Shown piece by piece: positions 1-10,182 of a stretch of DNA of 22,983 nucleotides (position 1 is the stretch's first letter; every line of letters begins with the position of its first letter). Source of the stretch: Octopus sinensis (taxonomy: Eukaryota). The notes under the pieces were generated by a model. That model searched no databases, had not been told where the DNA came from, and saw only the letters and a program-made list of their open reading frames with translations. A program made the position numbers and the translations under genes. The stretch covers positions 1 through 22,983 of the forward strand of contig NW_021836706.1 of assembly GCF_006345805.1 (NCBI RefSeq), given 5' to 3'.

Positions 1-299
1 ACAATCTGATAATTGAAACTCCCTGGTAAAATAATGTTTAGAAACTGTTCAACGAAAAGGATAGCCACTTATAAAAGAAATACGTAATACAAAGCATATA
101 AATAGAGATGAAATATAAAAATCATTCATCTAAAGATGATAGCTTTATGAAGCTTGAATTAAGGGAACAGGAGTGATGTATAAACAATACTTGCTTCTGC
201 TTTCGGTTATAAAATGGAACATTGGAATGGCATATTTACGCATGTCTTTGTGAAACTTAAAAAAGCCAAAATTCCGATCTTATATACGAGTAATCTTGA

Positions 300-950
300 T
301 TAGTCTATGTAATCTTCTAGCTAAAGAAAGATTATGAAAATTTATTCCATTTTAGAAGGAAAATCCTACAACATCACCATATTATTCGAATAGTCGTTAG
401 ATTTCATTCTGGAAACACTACAAAATAAATTCATCCACTTGGAGATAGGGTTGTATAGAAACAATAGCCTAGCATTCTCTGAAACCAGGATAAGTATGGA
501 TGAGAGATATTTAGAAAAGATTTAATGAATAGTTTTGAAGAATTCAACCTCAGAGCAGCCATCCAAAGAAATCTTCCAATAATCGACATCCTGGACAAAG
601 CAATATTTTCTCCAGAATAGTACTATCCCGAAAGAAGACTCAAATAAAGGGATACTACATATAAACAATGTACCATATTCTTCAAGACACCGCTTCATGC
701 TCAGTGTGTCAAATGTGGTGAAATATTCATTAATATTAACCACCAAACATTCGTCAATTGACATTTTGCGTAGAATAATCTCATTTACGGAAACAATACA
801 AATGATAATTAAAAGTTTCACGTGATACCAACGGCATAACAGCTGCATTATGAATAACGAAATAGCTGGCAACCAACCGCCTGAAACAGCTGGAAACAGT
901 AAAGTTCCTAAACGCTTTCATTTAAGTATAATTGCTTAAGAAAAGAAACG
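300..950 (+). pseudogene. Degenerate Penelope-like reverse transcriptase remnant (GLYRDDGL-type)
   Basis: Manual translation across frameshifts gives GKSYNIT..FILETLQNKFIHLEIGLYRNNSLAF (GLYRNNS at 448-468) and RKDLMNSFEEFNLRAAIQRNLPIIDILD. These resemble the PLE RT motifs MGSYDGAE..GLYRDDGL and KKDIIKIF..NLKIVNFLDV. Many stops. Confidence 0.6.
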
Positions 951-970
951 ATCTAGAAGACTTTGAAATA

Positions 971-2086
971 TAGGGGTTGGACAAAATAATGGAAACCCCT
1001 TAAAATTTCAAACAAATTTATTTTAATATGGGGTAGGACCGCCTTTGGCAGTAATTATAGCTTGACGTCTTCGAAGTAGGGACTCGTACAAAGTTTGAAT
1101 TGTTCCCAAAATAATTTTGTCCATTCTTTAACTAAAACAGCCTCCAGTTCTTGTAGTGATGATGGTGGAGGATATCGACTCCTTACTTGTTTTTTCTAAA
1201 ATGTACAATAAATGTTTTAAAATATTGAGATCTGGGGACTGTGGTGGCCAGGTAAGATGGTCAACTGCACTAGAATGTTCCTCGTGCCATTCAATAACAA
1301 CTTTAGCTGTGTGAATTGGTGCATTATCATCTGAAAGATTGGATTTCCCTCTAGAAACAGTTCCGCAAGCATAGGATGAATTTGATCAGATAAAATGCTT
1401 AAATAGTTTTCACTATTAGTTCTGCTATGAAGGGAAACCATTGGGCGGATTTCCAAGATATACCTCACCAGATCATCACAGATACTCCTCCATGTTTAAC
1501 AGTTCGAAGAAGGCAGTCTGGGTCAAATGCTTCTTTTGGCTGTCTCTGCAAGCATACTCGACCAGTGGTTGGAAACAGGGTAAAGGATGACACGTCCGAG
1601 AAAATAACATTCTTCTACTGATCTAGGGACCATTTCGGTAGGTTTTAATTCTCTCTAAACGCTTTGCAAAGTTTGTTTTTGGAAGTAATGGTTTTCTGAT
1701 TGAAACCCTTCCGTGAAATCCGACTTTGTGCAGCTCTCGCAAACAGTTTTTGTGAAAATTAGGTTCTCGAGGTGGTCATTAAGCTCTGCAGTAATTTTGG
1801 GAGCTGTACTTTTATGATCCTTTCTAGCAATTCGCTCGCACTTGCAATACGAGCCCTAACAATTTGACTGCTTTGAAATTCCGATTGATCTGTTACTTTA
1901 ATGAATTCTAGTTACCTTTTCCTGATGATATCTGAAAAGAAACAGCAATTTTAGCAAAAGATATTAAACAACACTAATAATAAAAAAAAAAAACATTAAA
2001 ATGTACAAGCTATTGACGGTTTTATATATATTTCAAAATTATAATGCTACGATATTAGGTGTTTCCAATATTTTGTCCAACCCCTG
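971..2086 (-). mobile_element. Tc1/mariner DNA transposon, internally deleted and inactive
   Basis: TIRs TAGGGGTTGGACAAAATAATGGAAAC (971-) and GTTTCCAATATTTTGTCCAACCCCTG (-2086), flanked by TA at 969-970 and 2087-2088. Transposase remnants lie on the minus strand. Confidence 0.92.
1023..1896 (-). pseudogene. Tc1-family DDE transposase pseudogene
   Basis: Across frameshifts: TDQSEFQSSQIVRAR.., GFHGRVSIRKPLL, VIFSD, TVKHGGVSVMIW, IFQ(D)DNAPIH, WPPQSPDLNI, AKGGPTPY* (stop 1023-1025). Part of the N-terminal HTH region is missing and the catalytic E after SPDLNI is not preserved. Confidence 0.88.
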
Positions 2087-2099
2087 TAGATTTTTTATA

Positions 2100-2450
2100 T
2101 ACAAGTTACAACATGGCAACGCGGAGAACGTTTAAAGAAAGATACCCAAATCATGTACACTTATTCTGAAACGTACATCAGTGTAATGCAATATCTTCTG
2201 TCTGAAACGTACAAAGATATAATGCAATCCTTTCGGAGTGTAAACATGAAGATAACCTGAAAAATAATAAATATGCCATCCATTTATGTAAGTTGTCCAG
2301 GGAAATGAAGACTATGAGCGTCGAAACATTTAATATTGTATCACAAAGTTTAATTTCTCCAAAAGAAAAATTAGATCTTTACCAAGAGACGACGTCAAAA
2401 TTGTTTAATATTAAAGATTGGAGTTGAAAATTATAAAAGACGTAGAAGAG
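2100..2450 (+). pseudogene. Degenerate PLE GIY-YIG endonuclease C-terminal remnant, possibly the same element as 300-950
   Basis: TFKERYPNH..F, NAILSE..LKNNKY, KEKLDL..KLFNIKD follow the spacing of the PLE EN consensus FKxRYxNHxxSF..LSxYIWxLK..EKLxI..LLNxRxE. Heavily decayed. Confidence 0.4.
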
Positions 2451-2747
2451 GTAGAACGGCAAAACATAATACTATTCAACAAACAGCTACTAGTGTAGCA
2501 AATAACTATCCATTAAAACGCACTGACCAATGAAAACGAACCTCAATTCTAATAGATGTTGGAATAAACACTCTGTACCATGTATTCATTATAGTTCTCT
2601 TTCGTTTACAAACTGTAGCACACATACATACATGCACATATATTGACCCAGTGCGCGTGTGTTAGATATTATCGTAATTATCCTCCTAAGGTACAACGAA
2701 ATCTGTTTCGGAACACGTGTTCACATCAAGAATCTTGCAAACCAACT

Positions 2748-2750
<3 letters not shown>

Positions 2751-2833
<83 letters not shown>
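2751..2833. repeat. (GA)n microsatellite, about 41 units
   Basis: Perfect GA run seen directly. Confidence 0.99.
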
Positions 2834-2835
<2 letters not shown>

Positions 2836-5179
2836 GTAAAATGAACCTACAGCAATACTGTCCATACAGCTACATACACATTCATGTATAGACTACAATG
2901 CATCCATTGAGAGATGTAGATAAATATACATACATCCTTTCATAAATCCATGTTACTATGCACACTTTCAAATCTACATACAAACATACACGTCTTTAAC
3001 AGAACACAATGAAACAATCCATTCTTTTATACAATATAAATATGGTTATTCCTTTCAGAAAATAATCCCGAACCAAAATTGCTAATATTTTACAAAATAG
3101 TCCTGCAAACTTATTCGGTACAGTTAGTTAATGAAACTATTGTATTGAATATAAATTGCATTGTTCATCCATAATATTTATATAGAGACATCTTTTTACG
3201 TATAAAAAAATAGTTCATAGCAATTGCTGGCTTCGAATATATAAATATATAAAGTATACTACCCAGGAATTAATGTGCTTAAAATTTAATATTTTATATG
3301 ATTTTCTCATTGTGTTTCCAGGTTCAAGTTCTGGTTATGAAATAGAGGATAGAACAGCAGGAATAAACTCATAAGTGAAAACTGAAAAAGTGCTTCCAAG
3401 AATCGTCTTAGGATTTTACGCCATACAATAATGTTTTCTCCATATATAATATTGAATATATTTCCTTGTAAATAAAATATATTTGTACCTTTCAATGCAA
3501 CACTATGAAACCGAAACATTGTATAACCTGCAATAATTCAATTTAGACAAGTTTCAGGGCCTCATTATTGCTTGAAACAGAGGAAAATAGAAAATGCTGT
3601 TACCTTGCGCACGTAAACGAAAGCAATTTATTCTAATCACTTGCCTTTGTCTGTTATCTGTTTTCGTAAAATTGCTGGAAAGCGGATGAACTGATTTTTA
3701 TCACGTTTGGCAGAAATACTCATCGTGTGAGTGGCTCGAAATGATGAACATTTGGTTTGATTATCTTTAAAAACAAATCGAACTTACAAATTTCCGTATA
3801 AGCAACCGGTCATATTATTTAGTTCACTTTTTCTTCTTTTTGTTTCCAAATATGATTCGCTTCTAATACACCTTTAGTCAAACACTTACAAAGCTTAATT
3901 CGGTTCAATTTAAAAGCATAGGTAAGTAAGGCATTGTAAGCCACACTATGATTTACGAAAATAATTAACTGCGTGTAGCGTATGCATCACCCCACCGATG
4001 CCTTTTTAGTTTCATTTGATTTCAAGCTTTATTGATATTCTTTCCTATTTCTAATTTCATGATATCAATGTAAGCTTTAAATATGTTAAGTAAAGGGTTT
4101 AACCTGACTTGTGGCTATCTTCGTTTTTTAGATGAAATACTGGAATTCTACAGTCTAAGTTCAAATACCACCCGGACAGGCAGTGATTTTATCAGTTATT
4201 TTAAACATTCCACAAAAAACAGTGAGCCGCTTCTTTGTGGATATAATCAGTCCATGGCTACTATATGTTTATGACACCTTTATACTCTGGCCCCACCAGG
4301 AAGATGTCCAAGTGCTGTTAGATCATGTGAAGTCAATAAAGCCATCCATACAGTTAACAATGGAAAAGGAAACAGACAATCAGTTGGCATTCTTGGACGT
4401 ATTAATAACACGCACCAAGTATGGATTCAGGACATCCGTATACCGCAAGCCGACCATTACCGGACGATACTCCAACTTCAATTCCTACCATTCATACTGT
4501 GTAAAGAGAGGGATTGCTCAGTGCCTAAAACATCGTGCAAAAAATATAAGTAGAGATCGTGATAACACCAAGCTCAATAACGATCTGTTAAGCAACAACT
4601 ACCACAAAAGTATACTATCCACTCCAGTTATGAAGAAGAGAGAGGATAAGGCCAATAAACTGTCTAAAGTCTGTCTACCCTATGTGAAAGGCCTCTACGA
4701 AAATATACAAAAGATATGCAGCCCATATGATATCAGGACAGTATTCAAGAATGATACAATACTTCGCAAATAAATCCTTTGAGTAAAACCACCAATAGGA
4801 GAGGATATGACCAAAGACTGCGTGTACTCCATCCCATGCTGCTGTGGTAGGTTATACAAAGGCGAACATGCCGCCCCCTCAAAAGAAGCGTAGACGAACA
4901 TGGCAAAGCTGTGACACGAGGAGATATTGATAAATCGGGTATAGCTGATCATGTATGGAAAAATGGAGACCACCTCCCCCTGTAGGATGAAGTTAAAATA
5001 ATAGACAGAGAACACCACTTGAAAATACGAAAACTAAAAGAAGCAGCACATATGCTAGGACACAACAACCCCATAAGTAGACCGAGTGCAGATATGAACA
5101 GCATATGAGAACCGGTATTAAGGAAGGATAGAAAAATATTAGATTTATAAGCCCTAAAATTCACTCCATAATTGCCTAT

Positions 5180-5252
5180 GGGCATATGGCGTAGTTTTTA
5201 AGAGCGCAGGCTACTAACACCAAGATTCCGAGTTCGATTCCAAGCAGTGACA
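5180..5252 (+). promoter_or_regulatory. tRNA-like Pol III A/B-box cassette (not a functional tRNA)
   Basis: A-box-like TGGCGTAGTTTTT (5187-5199) and B-box GAGTTCGATTCC (5230-5241) at tRNA spacing. D-stem GCGT/GCGC can pair; acceptor and T stems pair poorly. Confidence 0.65.
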
Positions 5253-5320
5253 TGAACAATAATAATAATAACATTGAAAAATACCTTAGAAATGAAAATC
5301 CAGGTTCGAAATTTCCCCAA

Positions 5321-5366
5321 AACACCTGAAGAAGGCTGGAGGGTGTATCAGTCGAAATGTTGTGTT
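5321..5366 (+). ncRNA. Minimal type I hammerhead ribozyme motif (PLE-associated)
   Basis: Stem I AACAC(5321-25)/GTGTT(5362-66). Core CTGAAGA(5326-32). Stem II GGCTG(5334-38)/CAGTC(5349-53). GAAA(5354-57), then loopless stem III A-T-G-T and cleavage base T(5361). The canonical GAAAC is GAAAT here. Confidence 0.75.
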
Positions 5367-5553
5367 AATACCAAACAAGTTCGAATATAAATAATATAAA
5401 TAATTCCAGTAAAAAGTCGAAATTTTGCAAGATATATCTAGGTGATAAGATTTGTACTCATTTATCTAATTAGCACTATCAGGTCTTTCAACTGCCAATA
5501 ATCCAGTAATGAACATTTAACAAACAGCTACAATCCAATCAAGAAACTAAGTA

Positions 5554-6086
5554 CCGTATTTTCCAGTCTATAAAAAGCGTCGGCATTGAAGCCGCTCGGC
5601 CGAATTTTGGGGAAAGTTTGGGTTTTATCCACACATAAAGCCCACCGGTGTTTTATAAAGACTTATGGAACCACGGGTCCGCAGCTAGCTTTGTTGTTGT
5701 TGATGTGTATGTAGTTTCAAAATGTTTTATTCTTCAACTATGAGATGTATTGTTGATTTTTTTGATTTTATCTTACTATAATCAGCAACAAACACATTCC
5801 GTCAATATTAAATTCTTTATTAGATAAAAAAAACATTATCAAAACATGAAGGTAAAACAAAACAAATGTGCTTTGTTTTCTTCCAGGCACCAATGTACTG
5901 TAGCAATAGTCTTTCATCGACCTACCTTTTCTCCGAAAAAGTCAGTGGAATCATTTGATCTCCATACACAAATTATTTTCCTCCTGGAACTTATAAAAAA
6001 AATACACACATTAGGCGCACATTTCTCTAAGCGGCACACTAAATTTCCCAGGTAAAAAATAGCGGATTATACACCGGAAAATACGG
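5554..6086. mobile_element. Non-autonomous Tc1/mariner-superfamily MITE (Tc2/pogo-like CCGTA termini), copy A
   Basis: TA-CCGTATTTTCC (5552-) and GGAAAATACGG-TA (-6088) form terminal inverted repeats with TA duplication. 533 bp, no coding remnant recognised. Confidence 0.85.
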
Positions 6087-6195
6087 TATTTCTTTTTTTG
6101 TCATATTCATATCGACTTTCACTCCATAAACGTTACACAAACACTTGACTGCGCATGCCTGAATGTCTACATTAAAGTATTTTCGAAGCTAAATT

Positions 6196-6377
6196 CTCTG
6201 CCTGATCTACAGGCTTATTAGGCCCCCAGTATATCTCGGTATCGAACGTATTTCAACACACAAGGATACAACACACAGGATACCAGTCTGTCGCAATGTT
6301 AACCCCTGGTTAATGCTGGTACTTTTCAGATGAGAGCACTGGAAGTGTCTTTCTCGTGGACACAACTTACCGAAACA
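6196..6377 (-). mobile_element. Truncated SINE remnant with V-domain-like core, copy A
   Basis: Minus strand reads GAAAGACACTTCCAGTGCTCTCATCTGAAAAGTACCAGC..GGGTTAACATTGCGACAGACTGGTATCCTGT, resembling the recalled V-SINE core TGCGATGGACTGGCGxCCxGTCCAGG. No tRNA head. Confidence 0.5.
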
Positions 6378-6503
6378 ATAATAAATACGCCTATATGTGT
6401 GTGTGCGCGCGCTTATGTACATATCCATGTGTATGAGGTCTATTTTTGTATGCATGTACACACACACACATAATCTTTTTTCTTTTATTTTTGCTTATTT
6501 AAA

Positions 6504-6783
6504 GGTGAATTTAAAAGTCGTTATGCCAATCACATAATCCCTTTCGACATAGGACAAAAGTAAAGATACGAAACTTGCTAAGTTTGAAGAAAACGAAACA
6601 CCACATGTGACTGGATGGGAAGTAATTTGAATCCATAACTCATGTTAATGGATCGAATAAATATAAGCTTTGTTTAGCTGAAGAGTGCATATCCTATTCA
6701 GATCTAAGATGCTTAATTCTCTATTGGACTCTAGGTCGGGACTTTCAGTCGTTGTCAAGTATAAATATATTTTGAAGAATAGA
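6504..6783 (+). pseudogene. PLE GIY-YIG C-terminal fragment, copy A
   Basis: GEFKSRYANH..FRH and KLCLAE(K)VHILFRSKMLNSLLDSRS..FSRC..KYKYILKN match the PLE EN tail pattern CxLCLxEK..LLNxRxE..CRH. Confidence 0.7.
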
Positions 6784-6930
6784 ATTGGAAAATTCCGTCT
6801 AATCTTGATTATATTTTTGATATCTTTTTAGCCTTATAATTCAAGGTCTAACAAGGAGAACTCTTAAATGCTGTTTTTACTTTTCCTTTTCCCATTTTCG
6901 TTTTTGTGCTTTCGCTTTCGATTTCCGGAA

Positions 6931-8028
6931 CCACTGGGCATGCTGGTGGAAGACATGCACTGGGGCTGCGGCATCTCCAAACATTTGCCTAAACGGTGAA
7001 CAGGTGTGGTCATCGTTTGTCAAACAGGCTTTTCCACGGTTCATCTCCTTGACTAAGCTGCAGTCCTGGGTCAAGAAGAGACCGAGGAAGGGTTACTGGC
7101 AACTGCAATGTTGCTAGGCACTAACTGTCCTCTACCAGGTGGGCAATGCGATCAGTGGAAAATCCACTCTTGAGTTCTATGGAGGATAAGTGGAGGGAAA
7201 GTGCGATGAAGCACTTGGAGAGACGCTAGGCGTTGACAAAATTGAACTAACCAGTCTGTTGGGGAGGACTTTCAAGACGGGGACGATGGATAACTTCTAA
7301 AAGTCCCTTGCTTTGTAGTGCTATCGTGGGGCACTGCCGGTTCGAGATAAACTCTACAAGCACGGAAGTACTGTCTGACCGACCTACCCGAGATATGCGC
7401 AGAGCGATGAAAGCGTTCTGCACGCACTCGTCCAGTGTCCTTGCATTACTGACATGTGGAGTTATGTTGAACAGCTGTTATCAAGTGTAGGGTGGTTCTA
7501 TCTATTGGCCGAGTCCGTAGTGAAGATCGATCAGCCGCTTCCATCAGTCCGGAAGGTCAGGCAATTTACTTCTGTCTAATAGCAGTAGCGAAAAAGGCTT
7601 GTATTGTGGACCAGGTTAAAAGGACTAAAGGCAGAAGACTTTTCTCTACGGCCAATCATCGTCAACTTTTCAAAATTTTCTTTGGAAAGGAAGATGAGGG
7701 TGCAGAGGGAAGTGCTGCCTCCCAGTACATTTGCCAAAAGGTGGATGAATAGCGAAAATGGTACGTGTGAGTGGACCTACTCTAATAATGCGCCTGTGGG
7801 CCACTGAATTTGAGAGGGAGGAGAGTGCTCTTCCCAGATGCTCTCGAAGCGTCGAGTGGTTCAGGATTGGGGTGTGGGTACCTGAGCCAACTCCAGGGGA
7901 TTACCTGCACCTATTACGAACTTCATTGTTATATTCTTTTGTCGGATTCATTGTTATTTTTTAACTGTGTACTCGTTGTCTCTGTGTTAAACCCCACTGT
8001 CCATGTCTACTGTATCCTGTTGTTACTA
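6931..8028 (+). mobile_element. L1-clade (Tx1-like) ORF2 3' fragment with 3' UTR, subfamily 1, copy A
   Basis: LGM..RHALGLRHLQ, GALPVRDKLYKHG..PT(C)PR(C)AQSDESVLHALVQCP..W (zf-RVT CCHC), PEGQAIYFCLIAVAKKAVLWTRL. ORF ends near 7807. Confidence 0.8.
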
Positions 8029-8243
8029 CCACAAGGGGCTAAACACACAGAGGGACAAACAAGGAAGAAAAACGATTAAGTTGATTATATCGACCACAGT
8101 GCGTAACTGGTACTTCTTAATCGACCCCGAAAGGATGAAAGGCAAAGTCGAAATCGGGGGAATTTGAACTCAGAAGGTAACGGCAGAAGAAATACCGCTG
8201 AGCATTTCGCCCGACGTACTGAGATTCTGCCAGCTCTCTAGGC
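8029..8243 (-). mobile_element. tRNA-derived SINE (octopus type), copy A
   Basis: Minus strand: A-box-like TGGCAGAATC, B box GAGTTCAAATTCC, central CGACTTTGCCTTTCATCCTTTCGGGGTCGAT..AGTACCAG (resembles the recalled Meta/MESC core). Confidence 0.85.
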
Positions 8244-8286
8244 CTTTGTCTGCTGTATCTTCTCCTATATGCCGGCCCTATTGGCA

Positions 8287-8321
8287 AAATAATAATAATG
8301 ATAATGATAATAATGATAAAA

Positions 8322-8387
<66 letters not shown>

Positions 8388-8480
8388 TATTATTATATTA
8401 TATTATTATTATTTTATATTTTATATTATTATTATTAATATTATTTTTTTATTATTATTATAATGTTGTTATTATTATTG
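8287..8480. repeat. (AAT)n abutting (ATT)n microsatellite, copy A (empty Dong site)
   Basis: AAT run switches to ATT near 8386. Confidence 0.97.
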
Positions 8481-8859
8481 TTATTGGAATTTTTCCGGCT
8501 AAACATTTCACTCACTTCTTCACAGTAAATTTACGTCATTTAATGCAATCGTTAATGTGATATTCCCTTCAGTTTCATATTAAAGAAAAGCTTAGGCAGG
8601 GTTATGTATCTAATTGCATCACACACACAGACACACACTCACACACACACTCATAAACGTACACACACACTCACAATCGTACACATCAACCCTGCTTCTC
8701 TTCTTTCCCCCCTCTCTCTCTCTTCTTCTATCACTCCCTCTACCCCTCTCTCATTTTAACTCTTCCTCTTCCACCGCCAATCATCATAAACTGCTGACTG
8801 AAACTTTTCAAATCGTAATTATATAATTAGAAATACAGATTCCATATATATGTCTTAGG

Positions 8860-9935
8860 ATGTGGAATGTTCGTATCAGCTAACACGGACTGTGTCATCA
8901 TAATACTGTCCACGAAGCGTTGATAGGCGCAAAGCTTATCCAATAGAAGTCGGTGGGCCTGCAAATCGGCAGATGGAGAGGCAGACCCATACAAACCGAC
9001 AGTTTGTAGGGCGCTAAGCGGAAAGACAGGTTAAAATGCTTGGGTTCTGGTTTGCTCTAGACCTCGAGGTGGACAACAACGGGTGGGAGGTGACGAACAG
9101 GATAGTCGATCTCACCCAGAAATTGGCAGAGAGGAAGCTGTTCGTGAAGGTCGAGTCGATCAGAAGGGCGAATGCGTACATCCCTTCCGTCATCTATGAC
9201 TGCTGAATGTAGTCCCATGCCGATAAAGTTTAGAGCGTTTGTTATTCCGCTTCTAAAGAAGGGACGTGTTCCGCTCATCAGACGGTCCATCTGCTGTCAA
9301 CAACCTCTCAGTGGAGTACTGGACATGCCGTTGCTAATGATTCGCAGACATACGCTGATACTGCGACATCTCCTGCGTTACTTTAACGGTGAGCATGGGG
9401 GATTGACTGTTTGTCAAGCGGGTCTTTCCGGAGCTCGTCTCATTCATGAAGCTACAGTACTGAGTCAAACGTTGGCCAAGAAAGGGCGCTTGGCACCTGG
9501 AGTGTCGGCAAGCTCTCACAGCTTTCTGTCAGTCGGGTAACGTGGGCGTTGAATGTTCCACCATGGATTTCTATAGGGGATTAGTAGAGGGGAAAGTACA
9601 AGGACAAAATCGGGGTAAACTCTTGGCGTTGGTGGGGGAAATCAACTAACTGGTCTTTAACTTACAGAAATCCCTGGCCTGGCAGTGCTACCGGGGAGCT
9701 CTGCCGGTTCAAGACAAGCTCTACAGATACGAAAGTGTTGTCGGAACGGATATGTGGGGGTGTGCGAGGGTGATGACATTAGTCTGCATGCACTCGTCCG
9801 CCCAGTTTATGAGCCGAGTAAAGATTCGCCCCCGCCACCTCTTTAGGCCGGGGAAGGAAAAGCAGTTTCTTCTGCCCGGTGGCTAAAGAAGTAGTGTGGT
9901 GGACGAGACTGAAAACATTGAAGACTAAACCTCCT
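8860..9935 (+). mobile_element. L1-clade (Tx1-like) ORF2 fragment, subfamily 2, 5'- and 3'-truncated, copy A
   Basis: VSANTDCV (decayed VSAYADD), KSVGLQIGRWRG, LGxWF, ERKLFVKGR (LSLKGR motif), KGRVPLIRRSICC, GALPVQDKLYRYES. Clearly divergent from the 6931-8028 copy. Confidence 0.8.
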
Positions 9936-9951
9936 TCACAGAAAAATTATG

Positions 9952-10015
9952 TCATTTAATATTATCATTTAATATTATCATTTAATATTATCATTTAATA
10001 TTATCATTTAATATT
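9952..10015. repeat. 13-bp minisatellite (TCATTTAATATTA) x ~5
   Basis: Units start at 9952, 9965, 9978, 9991 and 10004. Confidence 0.95.
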
Positions 10016-10067
10016 CACTTTAGTTTTATATTAAAGAAACACTTAGGCATGGTTATGTATCTCATTG

Positions 10068-10122
10068 CATCACACACACACACACACACACATACACAGA
10101 CACACACACACACACATACACA

Positions 10123-10163
<41 letters not shown>

Positions 10164-10182
10164 CACACACACACAGATACTG
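10068..10182. repeat. (CA)n compound microsatellite
   Basis: Seen directly. Confidence 0.95.

Larger units (their letters stand above)
4250..5410 (+). mobile_element. 5'-truncated Penelope-like element (Penelope/Poseidon type): RT C-terminal half, GIY-YIG and 3' terminal region
   Basis: WLLYVYDTFILWPH (decayed YVDD), LAFLDVLI, VYRKPTITGRY.NFNS.H, LPYVKGLYENI, then CVYSIPCCCGRLYKGE..EH..KSGIADHVW..RKLKEAAHM ending near 5150. A few stops and frameshifts. The 3' non-coding part contains a hammerhead core. Confidence 0.9.
5603..9859 (+). repeat. Segmental duplication, copy A (minimum extent)
   Basis: Colinear and highly similar to 14413-17388 plus 21345-22983. Example: 7141-7260 has 2 mismatches in 120 nt against its copy-B counterpart (~15963-16082). 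Confidence 0.95.

Noticed and set aside
522-872. 116-aa minus-strand ORF
   Set aside because: Antisense to a decayed PLE RT on the plus strand; no recognisable motif.
2300-2332. TGAAGAC..GTCGAAAC hammerhead-like string
   Set aside because: Lacks the core C, and stems I and II cannot be formed convincingly.
2704-2730. 12-bp palindrome GAACACGTGTTC (2711-2722) with a minus-strand TTGATG..GAAAC context
   Set aside because: Core mismatches and no stem I or III; a single palindrome or E-box is expected by chance.
2643-2891. ORFs with ER/RE repeats
   Set aside because: Read-through of the (GA)n microsatellite.
3302-3375. Acceptor-like TTTCCAG followed by GSSSGYEIEDRTAGINS*
   Set aside because: Short, no donor, no homology recognised.
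5180-5252. Functional tRNA gene
   Set aside because: Acceptor, anticodon and T stems do not pair properly and the D-loop GG is lost.
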